DNA of 64,000 nucleotides, from positions 87,882 to 151,881 of the forward strand of contig CAVTDB010000025.1 of assembly GCA_963733375.1 (NCBI GenBank). Reading direction: 5' to 3'. Source of the stretch: Nitrospirota bacterium (GTDB lineage: Bacteria > Nitrospirota > JACRHJ01). The position numbers and the translations under genes are program-made. This document shows positions 43,267-53,717 of the stretch, piece after piece (the first letter of the stretch is position 1; each line of letters begins with the position of its first letter). A model generated the notes under the pieces. That model was not told where the DNA came from and searched no databases. It saw only the letters and a program-made list of their open reading frames with translations.

Positions 43267-43779
43267 ATGCGAAAATCAATCAGGGAATACCTCGCGTTAC
43301 TCTGCCTGCTGGCCCTTTTCGCCGGATGCGCCGGGGGCCTTTTCGAGACAAAGCCCGCGCGGGCCAAGGATTTTACCGTGGCTCTTCTGCAGGGCGGGGA
43401 GGCGTCTCTTTCGGATTATGCGGGTAAGCCGGTGGTGATTATCTTCGGCGCGACCTGGTGCTCGCACTGCCTCCACGAGATGCCGATACTGAAAAAGGCT
43501 TGCGAGAGGCGGGCGGGCGGAGTCCAGTTCCTGCCGATATTCGTAAAGAGCAACAAGGAGGACGCCCTCGCGCTGGTAAGCAAGAGCAACATGACCTGCA
43601 AGATAGGCTGGGACCCTGAAGGGAAGGTAAGTAAACTTTACGGCGTCACGGGGATGCCTGAAACGATGTTCATCAACTCCAGGGGCGAGATAGTTTACGA
43701 TTACTTCGGGACTATCGAGCAGTCGGATATAGACAAGGGAGTGGAGAAGCTCCTTAAATCGGAACAGCCGCCGCAGTAA
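43267..43779 (+). CDS. TlpA-family thiol:disulfide oxidoreductase lipoprotein
   Basis: FAGC lipobox; ATWCSHCLHEMP; YGVTGMPET. Confidence 0.92.
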   Translation: MRKSIREYLALLCLLALFAGCAGGLFETKPARAKDFTVALLQGGEASLSDYAGKPVVIIFGATWCSHCLHEMPILKKACERRAGGVQFLPIFVKSNKEDALALVSKSNMTCKIGWDPEGKVSKLYGVTGMPETMFINSRGEIVYDYFGTIEQSDIDKGVEKLLKSEQPPQ

Positions 43780-43814
43780 TATCTACCCGTCGCCATACCC
43801 GTGTTCATGCAATC

Positions 43815-43847
43815 AAAAAGCCGGAGGAAAATTCCTCCGGCTTTTTT
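43815..43847. terminator. Bidirectional terminator
   Basis: AAAAAGCCGGAGGAA-AA-TTCCTCCGGCTTTTTT. Confidence 0.85.
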
Positions 43848-43883
43848 AATGTCTTAGCCTGCCAGCCCCCCCCGTGCCCCTTT

Positions 43884-45573
43884 TTAACCGTACAGGTCCG
43901 GGTTCAGTATCTTATCCACCGTCGTCCTGGCAAGGACAAGCGGCGCGATGAACATGTTGGACATGTCCTTTTCCTGGTCGCGCTTGTTGGAGAGGAAGGT
44001 TATCCTGTCCTGCATACGGTCCCTGAGGAAGGTCAGGTAGTCCACGTTCCTCTTGGGCTTGTACTTCTTGTCGTAGTCCTCGCCGAACAGCTCGCTTCCG
44101 TTCATCGGCACCTGGAGCCCGTGGAACGTACGCCACTCCCGCCACTGTATATTGCCCCGCACTAAGCTCCGTGACTATGGACAGCGACAGCTCCTTCGGG
44201 ATATTTGCCAGGCCTTCGGGCAGGCCGAATGCGTGCGTGTTCATGATATAGCACTCGCAGCCCATCTTGAAGAGCTTCCGGAACTGCTCGCAGTCCTCGA
44301 GAAGTGAATGGACTCTGAAGGGATTGGCGAAGGGCTCTATTACCAGCTTCTCCAACTCCTTCGCATCGACGTTTTCGACACCCTTCGCCCGCAGCGTGGA
44401 GAGCGACGCGCCCATCGAGACGGCGAGGGACGACCCCTTGACCTTCGAAATCGGCGGCAGAGACGTGTCCTTCTGGAGCCATATCACCATGCTCGGCCTC
44501 TCGCAGGAGTCCGCGTGGTGGAACATGTCCCGGCTCTTTATGCACCGGCCGTTGTCGTTCCTGATGTCTTCGTTCACCATCTTGCGGGATAGGGTCTTGC
44601 CTCCGTCGTCCGAGTGGCTGGTGACGGCCACGTTCTGGGCGGAGTAGAAATACTTGAGTATCGGGTCGTTAAACTTGGTCGCGTCCGTCTTGTCGAAAAG
44701 CGACGGCTCAAGCGCCACCGACACGTCGTTCTCAAGGTCTATCAGGAAGGCGTCGTCGTGTATTACGGTAACTTTTTCGTCCTTCCTTAGCGTCCCTTCG
44801 TGGTCCAGGCTGTTCGTGATCGAGGACTTCCCGGAGCCGGAAAGGCCGAATACCGCGATGGGGCGGGCGCTGCCTATCTTCTTTATGCCGCCGTGGCAGG
44901 CCACCATGTTATGCCGTACGCCGATTGTCCAGGCAATGGTGAGCGTACCCTTCTTGCGCTCGCCGAAGTACCGAAGGCCAAGTATCGCGATGCAGTTCTG
45001 CATCTCGTCTATTATGACCAGGCCGTTGGGGAAGTCCGGGTGGGACCATTCCGGGTCTGCGAACGCCAGGATGTCCGGCTCGTTAATCTTCCTGGACTTC
45101 GGATATGCGTCGCTCCAGGGCTTGATGAACGGGCAGAAGTTCATCCCCCAGTCCATCATGTTCTTCGCGTCCGTCTCCGGGCTGATCAGGTGCGCCTTCA
45201 CCATAAAATCGGAGTGAAGCCCCACGATGCCCTCCAGGTGCAGGCCCGGCCGGCGGTTGAACTGATATACCGCCTCCATAAGGATGGCGTGGATTTTATC
45301 TTTTTTCGGCTTGTCGAAGGTCCTTACCAGAAGCCTCGCCCTGGCCGTGCGTCCGACGACGCCGCCGTCGTTGGATATCAGTACCTTCGCGTCCGCCGGA
45401 AGGCCGAACTGGGCCGGGTTGTACATCGCCTGGTCCGTCCGTACGACCTCGGGCTGCTTGAGCGCGAGGCCGTAGAGCTCGGCCATGTCGGTGCGCCTGA
45501 CGGAATTGGCGTACATGGCGGACTCAATGATTGCCCTCCACGGGGACGCGGGCATCGAGTTTAATGTTGCCAT
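43884..45573 (-). CDS. pckA: Phosphoenolpyruvate carboxykinase (ATP), frameshift near 44160
   Basis: YFGERKKG, ACHGG, FGLSGSGKS, IHDDAF, PFANPFR. Confidence 0.88.
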
Positions 45574-45815
45574 AATTTTGGACCTCCCTGTAAATCTTGC
45601 GGCCTAAAGGTGAATCGTGGAACCAATTTTATACGCAGCATGGGGGAAATGTCAACAGTAATTGCGGCTACTTTAAAAATTTTATATACTTTTTGTGCGA
45701 ATTACTTATTTTAACACTGCAAAATGGTGCTTTAGCCGACACTGATAGTCTTTTTGCCGGTTTTAAGGCTATAGAAAATATATTGCATTTTTACCCGGGA
45801 AAGGTTATTCAGGGT

Positions 45816-46420
45816 ATGATGCTCAACTGGACCGTAATAACCGCCTTTATATACATTCGCCTTCCTGCACAGCCTTACGGTATCGCGCGTCTTCAAGAAA
45901 TTTTTAGCCGGGATAATCGGCGAAAACAGGATGCGCGCGTATTACCGCCTGGGCTTTACCGTCTTCTCCGCCGCAATAACCCTCGCGGCATTTTATATAA
46001 TCTGGACGCAGCCGGATATTTTGCATATACCGTCCGCCGCAATATATCTCTATCCCCGCGCGCATTGTGCAGGTTTTCGGCGTCCTGATTTTTCTGGCTT
46101 CTTCGAAAATTATTCACCCCGGGGCCTTTATGGGTGTGCGGCAGGCGATGAACTATTTAAAGACGGGCGAGACGGCCGGGGATATCGAGGGCATAGAGAA
46201 TACCGGGCTCGTCACCTGGGGCGTATACGGGCTTGTGCGGCATCCCATGTATCTTGCCGGTATCCTGGTATTCCTTTTCGAGCCGGTCGTAACGGCCAAC
46301 AACCTGGCGCTTCGGGTCCTGGCGGCCCTGTATTTCCTGTTCGGCACGTTCATCGAGGAGCGCAGGTTCCTGCATGACTTCGGGGACGAGTATGCGGCAT
46401 ACAGGAGGAAAAAGTTATGA
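45816..46420 (+). CDS. Isoprenylcysteine-methyltransferase/MddA-like membrane protein, copy 1 (frameshifted, shorter C-terminus)
   Basis: GVYGLVRHPMY, EERR; near-identical to 46551-47198. Confidence 0.75.
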
Positions 46421-46439
46421 GCGGAGATTTTTTACATAA

Positions 46440-46478
46440 CCCTCACCCCCGGCCCCTCTCCCGCAGGTGGCGAGGGGA
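46440..46478. repeat. CCCTC-type REP-like element between the duplicated genes
   Basis: CCCTCACCCCCGGCCCCTCTCCCGCAGGTGGCGAGGGGA. Confidence 0.75.
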
Positions 46479-46550
46479 GTAAGAGGTACGGGGCGTTTAG
46501 CGTCTAAGAAAAATATATTGCAATTTTACACGGGAAAGGTTATTCAGGGT

Positions 46551-47198
46551 ATGATGCTCAACTGGACCGTAATAACCGCCTTCATTACATTCGCCTTCCT
46601 GCACAGCCTCACGGTATCGCGCGTCTTCAAGAAATTCTTATCCGGGATAATTGGCGAAAGCCGGATGCGCGCGTATTACCGCCTGGGCTTTACCGTCTTC
46701 TCCGCCGCAATCACCCTCTCGGCATTTTATATAATCTGGACGCAGCCGGATTTTCCAATATATCGCCCGCCGCAATATATCTCTATCCCCGCGCGCCTTG
46801 TGCAGGTTTTCGGCGTCCTGATATTTCTGGCTTCTTCAAACATTATTCACCCCGGGGCCTTTATGGGTGTACGGCAGGCGATTGACTATTTAAAGTCGGG
46901 AAAGACGTTCGGGGATATCGAGGGCATGGAGAATACCGGACTCGTCACATACGGCGTATACGGGCTTGTGCGGCATCCCATGTATCTTGCCGGTATCCTG
47001 GTATTTCTTTTCGAGCCGGTCGTAACGGCCAACAACCTGGCGCTTCGGGTCCTGGCGGCCCTGTATTTCCTGTTCGGCACGTTCATCGAGGAGCGCAGGT
47101 TCCTGCACGACTTCGGGGACGAGTATGCGGTTTACCGGCGGGAAGTGCCGAGGTTGAATATCATTGCCGGGATCGTGAGACAAATACGACGGCCGTAG
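46551..47198 (+). CDS. Isoprenylcysteine-methyltransferase/MddA-like membrane protein, copy 2
   Basis: FAFLHS, YYRL, GVYGLVRHPMY, EERR...FGDEY..YRREVP. Confidence 0.85.
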   Translation: MMLNWTVITAFITFAFLHSLTVSRVFKKFLSGIIGESRMRAYYRLGFTVFSAAITLSAFYIIWTQPDFPIYRPPQYISIPARLVQVFGVLIFLASSNIIHPGAFMGVRQAIDYLKSGKTFGDIEGMENTGLVTYGVYGLVRHPMYLAGILVFLFEPVVTANNLALRVLAALYFLFGTFIEERRFLHDFGDEYAVYRREVPRLNIIAGIVRQIRRP

Positions 47199-47200
47199 CC

Positions 47201-47457
47201 GCCGCCCGGAGCCCGCGAGCCGGCACGTAGACCATGCTCCGGCGTGCGCCCGCTGACACATGCGGGCCACATGCGCACGCCTCCGGCGGAGGGTCACGTG
47301 CCTTTTCGCGGGTTCCGGGCGGCTCAAACGCGCCCTATCCGCGGAAAGGGCGGAGGAGGCGTTCCTGTAGGAATATCATCTTGAGCGTAAAGTAGAAATT
47401 AGCGGCAGACGCTATTTTGCGAATAATGAGATTCCGGAAGGAATGCCTGCTCCGTCC
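47201..47457 (+). ncRNA. Candidate structured RNA: two adjacent long imperfect hairpins
   Basis: 47201-47323 and 47348-47457 each fold back over about 40 bp; G-T pairs occur mostly on the + strand. Confidence 0.4.
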
Positions 47458-47461
47458 GTTA

Positions 47462-48127
47462 CTATATCGCGAACGCGGACGGGCAGATGTCCTTCAGGAC
47501 GCACTCGGCGTGGTTGGGATTTCTTGCGGTGCAGGTGTAGCGTCCGAGGATTATCAGGCGGTTTGAGTAGGATATCCAGTCTTTTTCCGGGAGAAGTCCG
47601 TAGAGGTCCCTCTCTATCTTCTCCGGGTCCTTGTTCTTCGTAAGCCCGAGCCTGCCGGACACCCGTATGACGTGCGTGTCCACGACAATCCCCGGCACGT
47701 TAAAGCATATCGTCAGCACCAGGTTCGCGGTCTTCCGCCCCACGCCGGGTAGCGCCACCAGCTCCTCCATCGTACCCGGCACCTCGCCCCCATGGTCGTG
47801 AAGAAGCGCCTGCCCCAGGTTTATGATGTTCTTCGCCTTGTTCCGGAAGAACGTGACTGCCTTTATCTCGTCCTGGAAGGCATCCAGATCGGCCTGGGCA
47901 AAGTCCTTCGCCGATTTGTATTTTTTAAATAGCGTCTCCGTGACCTTGTTCACAAGGACTTCCCTGCACTGCGCGGATAGTATCGCCGCGATAATCAACT
48001 GTAGCGGCGTCATGTAATGAAGCTCCGTGCCGGGGTCATCGGGGTAGCGCTTCTTCAGGAGCTTTACAATCTCCCCCGCGCGTTTCTTTTTCTGCTCGAT
48101 TGTCTCGTTTGCGAAGTCGTAGGCCAT
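47462..48127 (-). CDS. nth: Endonuclease III
   Basis: ILSAQC, LPGVGRKTANLV, VDTHV, C-terminal Cys cluster. Confidence 0.95.
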   Translation of the reverse strand: MAYDFANETIEQKKKRAGEIVKLLKKRYPDDPGTELHYMTPLQLIIAAILSAQCREVLVNKVTETLFKKYKSAKDFAQADLDAFQDEIKAVTFFRNKAKNIINLGQALLHDHGGEVPGTMEELVALPGVGRKTANLVLTICFNVPGIVVDTHVIRVSGRLGLTKNKDPEKIERDLYGLLPEKDWISYSNRLIILGRYTCTARNPNHAECVLKDICPSAFAI

Positions 48128-48175
48128 AGAGAGATTATAGCAGGAAAAATGCGCGGGGGTGAAGGAGAGGTGTCG

Positions 48176-48667
48176 CTATTTTCTCTTTTTTAAAAGTTGA
48201 TCGAGACTCTCCAATCCTTCTTTTTTCAAGACAGTTCCAAGTTTCGTATTGGCTCGATAACCCGCGGCGACATTTGGCCCATATTCCCCTCGTAATGTGC
48301 TAACCAATGTATCGCTCCGTTTTTTGCGAATTTCGCCGCCTGCATCTCGCATCCGGTTGTCGATGCCTTTAGGAAAATGTTTTTCCCGACCGCCGAATAG
48401 CGAAGAGGGAACTGCGCAGGCTGCTTTGACGGAGCCCTGAACATATCTGTTTGTGGAGGGGCTGGCGCTTTTTCGCCTTGGCGGCTCCAGTCCACGCTCT
48501 TTCATCACGGAAAGCGTCAGTTCTAAAGCCTCTTCCGCGTTTTTGAGCGCCGCCTCTATCGTGCCCCCTCCGGTTATAATGCCCGGGAAATCAGGGAACC
48601 GGACGGCAAAATAGTTTCTTTCTTCCGAAGGTATTATCCTGAATTCATAATTTTTAATCAATTTCAT
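48176..48667 (-). CDS. hicB: HicB-family antitoxin with an extra C-terminal domain
   Basis: FPDFPGIITGG.TIEAALKNAEEAL. Confidence 0.8.
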   Translation of the reverse strand: MKLIKNYEFRIIPSEERNYFAVRFPDFPGIITGGGTIEAALKNAEEALELTLSVMKERGLEPPRRKSASPSTNRYVQGSVKAACAVPSSLFGGREKHFPKGIDNRMRDAGGEIRKKRSDTLVSTLRGEYGPNVAAGYRANTKLGTVLKKEGLESLDQLLKKRK

Positions 48668-48903
48668 TCTTCCTCCAAAACTTCAAGCACGCCTTGCACA
48701 TCAAGCGGATGGCAGAACTTTTTACCTCCGTGCGGTTTAACCACGGTTAAAATTTTGTCGTTCTTAATATAAGCATTATGGCTGCCGCCCTTGCTTCTTA
48801 CCTTCTCGAACCCGTGGTTAAGTATCAAACCCTCAAGCTCCTCGAACCGGACATTTTTTTGATTATTGATAATCCGAGCGAGGAGCTTTTCTTTTTTGGT
48901 CAT
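48664..48903 (-). CDS. hicA: HicA-family toxin
   Basis: NVRFEEL...GF....KGGSH...KPH; overlaps hicB by ATGA. Confidence 0.88.
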   Translation of the reverse strand: MTKKEKLLARIINNQKNVRFEELEGLILNHGFEKVRSKGGSHNAYIKNDKILTVVKPHGGKKFCHPLDVQGVLEVLEEE

Positions 48904-49015
48904 AAGGAATTTTAACTATATTCAGCTACAAAAACAATAGGAAAATTTGAAGAAGAGATATAAGCTTCCAATTTAAAAAGCGGATTCGAAGCTCTCGCTC
49001 AGAATGACATTCCTC

Positions 49016-49055
49016 CTCCCCTCTCCACCTGTGGGAGAGGGGCCGGGGGAGAGGG
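49016..49055. repeat. CCCTC-type REP-like element
   Basis: CTCCCCTCTCCACCTGTGGGAGAGGGGCCGGGGGAGAGGG. Confidence 0.75.
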
Positions 49056-49069
49056 TATTTTACGCCGCC

Positions 49070-50803
49070 TTACTTCTCTTTCCGGCTCCGGAAGAACTCC
49101 GCGACTTCGTCCGCACTCAGCGAATTCAGAACGTCTTTTTTCTCAAGCCAGCCTTTGCGCGCGATGCCTATGCCGTAGGCCATGTCGTCGAAGCCGGAGA
49201 GGTTATGCGCGTCCGGGCTGATGGCAATTTTCACCCCGCGGCTTTTGGCGTATTTCATCTCGCGCCAGTCAATGTCGAGCCTCTGCGGGTGGGCGTTTAG
49301 TTCTATCGCGACGTTCAGCCTCGCCGCCGCGTCGATTACCTTTTTCATGTTCAGCGGGATAGCCGCTCCTGCCGAGAAGCAGCCTGCCCGTCGGATGGCC
49401 GAGTATTGTCAGGTGCGGGTTCTCCATCGCCTTGATTACCCTTTTGGTCGCCTCCTCCTCGGTCATGTTGAACTTCGAATGGATGGAGCAGACCGTAAAA
49501 TCGAGCATCTTAAGTATCTCGTCCGGGTAGTCGAGCGAGCCGTCCGGCAGGATGTCCACCTCCGCGCCCTTGAAGACACGGAAGCCCTTCACCTCCGCGT
49601 TTACTTTGTCTATGTCCTCCTGCTGGGCGAACAGGGCGCTGACCTTCATGCCGCCCGCGTATGCCGCTACCTGGCTGTGGTCCGTGATGCCGATATAGCT
49701 GTAGCCGTGCCTTTTGGCGGCCTGGGCGATTTCCATAATCTCGTCTTTTCCGTCCGAGTACCGGCTATGCATATGGAACAGCCCGTGAATATCTTTTTCT
49801 TCTATCAGTTCGGGCAAGCGTCCCCGCTGCTCGCGGCCTCCACCTCGCCCATGTCCTCCCGCAGTTCCGGCGGGACGTAGTCAAGACCCAGCGCCCGGTA
49901 AATATCGGCTTCTTCGGTACACTTCACCAGCGAGTTGTCATCTATTTTGAAAAGCCCGTATTCGTTCAGTTTAAGACCCATCTTTTTTGCGATGCCCCGA
50001 AGCCGGACGTTATGGTCCTGGTTTCCCGTGAAATACTGCAGCGCATAAGGGAACTGCTCGTCCGTGACCACGCGCAAATCGGCGGCTATTCCGCTTGTCA
50101 GGGTGACGCTCGATTTCGTCTCCCCGGCGGCGACGATATGCTCCACGGCGGGAAGCTTCGTAAAAATTTCTATCACGCCTTGCCGGGTCTTGTGAAGAGG
50201 CGACGATGTCGATGTCCTTTATCACCTCTTTTTTCCTGCGGATGCTCCCCCCGATTTCAATCCTGTCTACTTTTCGGGATTTCTTGAGCGGGGCGTATAG
50301 CATCCGGGCCTCGGAGGAGGCGAACGAGTAGAGGTACTGCTCCGCGTGTTTCTGGAGGAAGGCGATATTTTCCAGCAATTTTCTGCTGTGTCCTTGCGCC
50401 GAAACCCGGCAGGTCTATAAGGCGGTTTTCGTTGCAGGCGTACTCAAGCTCGCCGATGGAGCCGATTTTCAGGCTCTCGTAGAGGGCCTTCGCTTTTTTC
50501 GGCCCCAGGCTCAGGCACCCGGAGTAGCTGGACGATCCCCGGCGGCATGGACTTCCTGACCTCTTCATAATATCCGCACCGCCCGGTCTCGTATATTTCC
50601 AGTATCTTGCTTCGGATGGACTCCCCTATGCCCCTGATGCCCTTTAAATCCGTATCCCTGATAATCTCTTCGATCTCGCCCGGCTGGGCCCGAAGCGCGC
50701 GCGCCGCCTTGATGTAGGCCAGAGAGCGGAACGCGCTCTCTCCCTTCATTTCCAGGAGGACGCCTATCTCTTCCAGCATGGCCGCGACCGCTTTTTTATC
50801 CAC
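49070..50803 (-). CDS. polX: DNA polymerase X/PHP 3'-5' exonuclease (frameshifted)
   Basis: GSIRR..KDIDI, YFTG, LNEYG, HMHSRYSDG, ITDHS, GHPTGR, DAH. Confidence 0.93.
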
Positions 50804-50816
50804 CGGAAGGCCTCTT

Positions 50817-51314
50817 TTATTGTGTCCCGGTTACCCGTTCCTGGCTCAGCAGGCGGGAAAGTTCTTCGAGATGCTTCTTCTCCTTTTTGGCGAACTCCTC
50901 GAAAAGCACCCGCGCGTAGGAATCCTGCATCCTCTTCGCGGCCTTCTCGTAAAATACCGTGGCCTGTCCCTCCTGCTTGATTGCCGCCTTCAGGGCGTCC
51001 TCCTTGTCCAGGAAGGCCACGTCCAGGTCCTTCAAGGCGTCGGATAACAGCCGCCCTCCTTCCAGGTACGGGCCCTGGCTCGCCTCGGACATCTCTTCTA
51101 TGGATACCGGGCAGGCCTCGTTCTCCATGCCGCAGTATAAGAGCCTTATCTCGGCCATGTGCCCTCTCTCCACTTCCGACATGGAAAGGAATACCTCCTT
51201 GCTCCTGGGGTCTTCCATTTTGGAGGCCGCGATTACATAGAAGTCATACGAGCCCTTCTCCAGCCCGAATGCAAAGAGAAGCGCGTCCACCAGGTTTTCA
51301 TCGCCTTTCAACAT
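50817..51314 (-). CDS. Rubrerythrin/ferritin-like protein
   Basis: LEKGSYDFY...E..H duplicated motif. Confidence 0.82.
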   Translation of the reverse strand: MLKGDENLVDALLFAFGLEKGSYDFYVIAASKMEDPRSKEVFLSMSEVERGHMAEIRLLYCGMENEACPVSIEEMSEASQGPYLEGGRLLSDALKDLDVAFLDKEDALKAAIKQEGQATVFYEKAAKRMQDSYARVLFEEFAKKEKKHLEELSRLLSQERVTGTQ

Positions 51315-51528
51315 TTTTTTCCTCCGTTTATTTTTTTATAGCCGCCCCGTAACTTGCGGCAGAATTAAGGCTTTCTTCAATTATAGCAGACAATGCGGCT
51401 TTATAGAGGCTGTTTTTTAGTAATAATTATTATAAGCTCCGCTTGTCAGAATGAATATATCTGTTATATTCATAAGTAATGTACATCGAATCAGTCCAAA
51501 CTAAAAGCATTTTGTAGGAGGTGAGAGG

Positions 51529-52476
51529 ATGAAAATATTCGTAACCGGGGGTTCCGGATTCATAGGATCCGCTATATGCAAGCAACTTGTAAGCCAGGGA
51601 CATGAAGTTACAGGACTCGTCCGCAGGAAATCGAAATCGGACATAGTGGAACAGACCGGGGCAAGCGTGGTAGTGGGAGACCTGCTGGAAGCCGATTCGT
51701 GGACGGTGCCGCTTCGGGACGCCGACCTTATCATAAGCGCGTCGCAGCCGGTCCGTCACGGTGAAAAAGTCTCGCTCAGCGAGGCAAGACGGCGGTCCTA
51801 TTACCACGGCCAGATGGTTGGAAACCTCTTCCTTGCGGCGGAAGGTTCCGGCGCAAAGGGCGTTATAGTCACATACGGCGTCGAGGGTTTCGGAAACCGG
51901 GGCGACCAGTGGGTGATGGAAAACGACGAGATCAACCCATACGGGTACGAGCGCTCGGTATCCGGCGCGTACTGGCATATAGACAAGACGTCCCGCAAGA
52001 CCCGCGTCCCCCTGGTGAACGTTTTCACCGGCTGGGTGTACGGCCCGGGCAGCTGGTTTGAGACCCTTGTGCGGGGCATCAGGAACGGGACCATGCGCAT
52101 CATCGGCGACGGCAACAACTACATGAGCTTCATCCATGTGGACGACCTGGCCCGGGCCTATGGCAAGATGGCCGAGACCTTGCCCTTCGGCGAACGCTAC
52201 TGCATAGTGGACGGAAACCCCGTCACCCAGCGCGAGATGGCCAATTTCATCGCCAAGGAGATAGGCGGGCGCACTCCGAAGAGCGTGGAAATGGAGTCGT
52301 ACGCGCGGCTCGCCGGCGACCTCGCGGCGGAATCAATGTCCTGCTCTACCCGCGTCCTGGGCGAAAGGACGAGGAAGATCCTCATGCCGGAGCTGAAATA
52401 TCCCTCGTACATGGAGGGGATGCCCGCCGTGATAGAAGAGATGGGCATACTCCACAGGGAGGAAAAAGCGGCGTAA
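51529..52476 (+). CDS. NAD-dependent epimerase/dehydratase (atypical SDR)
   Basis: VTGGSGFIG, VYGPG, FIHVDDLA. Confidence 0.9.
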   Translation: MKIFVTGGSGFIGSAICKQLVSQGHEVTGLVRRKSKSDIVEQTGASVVVGDLLEADSWTVPLRDADLIISASQPVRHGEKVSLSEARRRSYYHGQMVGNLFLAAEGSGAKGVIVTYGVEGFGNRGDQWVMENDEINPYGYERSVSGAYWHIDKTSRKTRVPLVNVFTGWVYGPGSWFETLVRGIRNGTMRIIGDGNNYMSFIHVDDLARAYGKMAETLPFGERYCIVDGNPVTQREMANFIAKEIGGRTPKSVEMESYARLAGDLAAESMSCSTRVLGERTRKILMPELKYPSYMEGMPAVIEEMGILHREEKAA

Positions 52477-52542
52477 AGGGGCCGGGGGCCAGGGCCGGTG
52501 GTCGGAGCCGGGAGCAGGGGCCAGCAATCATCGTTAAAACTG

Positions 52543-52574
52543 AAAGGGCCGGTATTATTGCCGGCCCTTTTTTT
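52543..52574 (+). terminator. Intrinsic terminator
   Basis: AAAGGGCCGGTA-TTAT-TGCCGGCCCTTTTTTT. Confidence 0.85.
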
Positions 52575-52654
52575 GTTCCCCCCCGGCCTTGCCCTTGCCC
52601 GCGTTGGTGCTATACTTTGAGCATGACAAGGGTGTCATTGAACGGAGGTGCGCC

Positions 52655-53626
52655 ATGAAGGTATTTCTTACGGGAGCCACCGGTTTTATCGGTTCGGCGA
52701 TTATGAGGAATCTGATTTCCGCGGGTCACCAGGTGACCGGGCTGGTCCAGAACAAGGAAAACAAAGAGAAAGTAAATGCGGCCGGCGGGACCCCGATCTT
52801 GGGCGACCTGCTCGTGCCGGGACCGTGGAAGGAGGCCGTGCAGGACCATGACGTAGTTATCAGCGCCTCGTCGCCTTTCAGGATTACCGATAAATTATCG
52901 ATCGACGAGGCAAAGCGGCGCGGCCTTGCGCACACGGAGATGGTAACGAACCTAATAAACGCCGCCGCCCACGTGTCTAAAGTGCAGGCCGTGATCCTGA
53001 CCTACCACGTCACCGCATTCGGGAGCCATGGGGACAGTTGGGTAAGCGAGGTAATGCCGGTCGAACCTGTCGGACTTGCCATCCCGATCGCCGAAGGGTA
53101 CTGGGATATAGAGAAGGCGGCGCGGAAGGCGGGCGTGCCCACAATCGAGGTATTTCCGGGCTGGGCCTACGGGCAGGGGAGCTGGTTTTCGGAGTACCTC
53201 GTCGCGGGTCTCATGAACGATATGCCTGTTCTGGTCGGGCCGGGGCAGAACTACAAGAGCCTCGATCCATATCGACGACCTGGCGGAAGGATACAGGCTT
53301 ATCCTGAACAAGATGCCGGTCGGCGAGCGGTACTGTTTCGTGGATTCCCATCCCGTAAGGCAAAAGGATTTAGTCTCTTTGGTAGCCAAGCGAACTCGGG
53401 AAACCGGAGCCTGCTGCCAGCGGACTATACGCTGTTCGCGAAGCAGTACGGGGAGGTGCTGGCACAGACGCTGGACTCCTCCGTCCGGGTGAGCAATAAC
53501 AAGGCGAAGCTCGAGCTTGGGTTCATGCCGAAGTTCGACAACTTCTGCCACGGAATTCCGGACATACTGGAGAAAATGGGAATCTTGCCCGAGAAGAAGG
53601 AACTTCCGAAAGCGGCCGGGTTCTAA
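52655..53626 (+). CDS. Paralogous atypical SDR (compensating internal frameshifts)
   Basis: LTGATGFIG; similar to the upstream gene along its length. Confidence 0.85.
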   Translation: MKVFLTGATGFIGSAIMRNLISAGHQVTGLVQNKENKEKVNAAGGTPILGDLLVPGPWKEAVQDHDVVISASSPFRITDKLSIDEAKRRGLAHTEMVTNLINAAAHVSKVQAVILTYHVTAFGSHGDSWVSEVMPVEPVGLAIPIAEGYWDIEKAARKAGVPTIEVFPGWAYGQGSWFSEYLVAGLMNDMPVLVGPGQNYKSLDPYRRPGGRIQAYPEQDAGRRAVLFRGFPSRKAKGFSLFGSQANSGNRSLLPADYTLFAKQYGEVLAQTLDSSVRVSNNKAKLELGFMPKFDNFCHGIPDILEKMGILPEKKELPKAAGF

Positions 53627-53660
53627 AGCATCCGGGAAAACGGATATGCCTGAAGAGACA

Positions 53661-53695
53661 AGGGGCCATGGCAAAACGCCATGGCCCCTTTTTTT
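53661..53695. terminator. Intrinsic terminator
   Basis: AGGGGCCATGGC-AAAAC-GCCATGGCCCCTTTTTTT. Confidence 0.85.
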
Positions 53696-53717
53696 CTGAC
53701 CTTTTGTGGCGATATTT

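Noticed and set aside
45775-47198. Diversity-generating retroelement TR/VR pair
   Set aside because: Differences are not adenine-specific, the whole gene plus upstream region is duplicated, and there is no reverse transcriptase
47201-47457. Integron attC sites or retron msr/msd
   Set aside because: No clean RYYYAAC/GTTRRRY ends, no cassette array or integrase, and no reverse transcriptase
52477-52524. G-rich GGGGCC-like tract (similar C-rich tracts at 54465-54488 and 42808-42850) as a G-quadruplex element
   Set aside because: Short, irregular, low-complexity sequence with no support beyond composition
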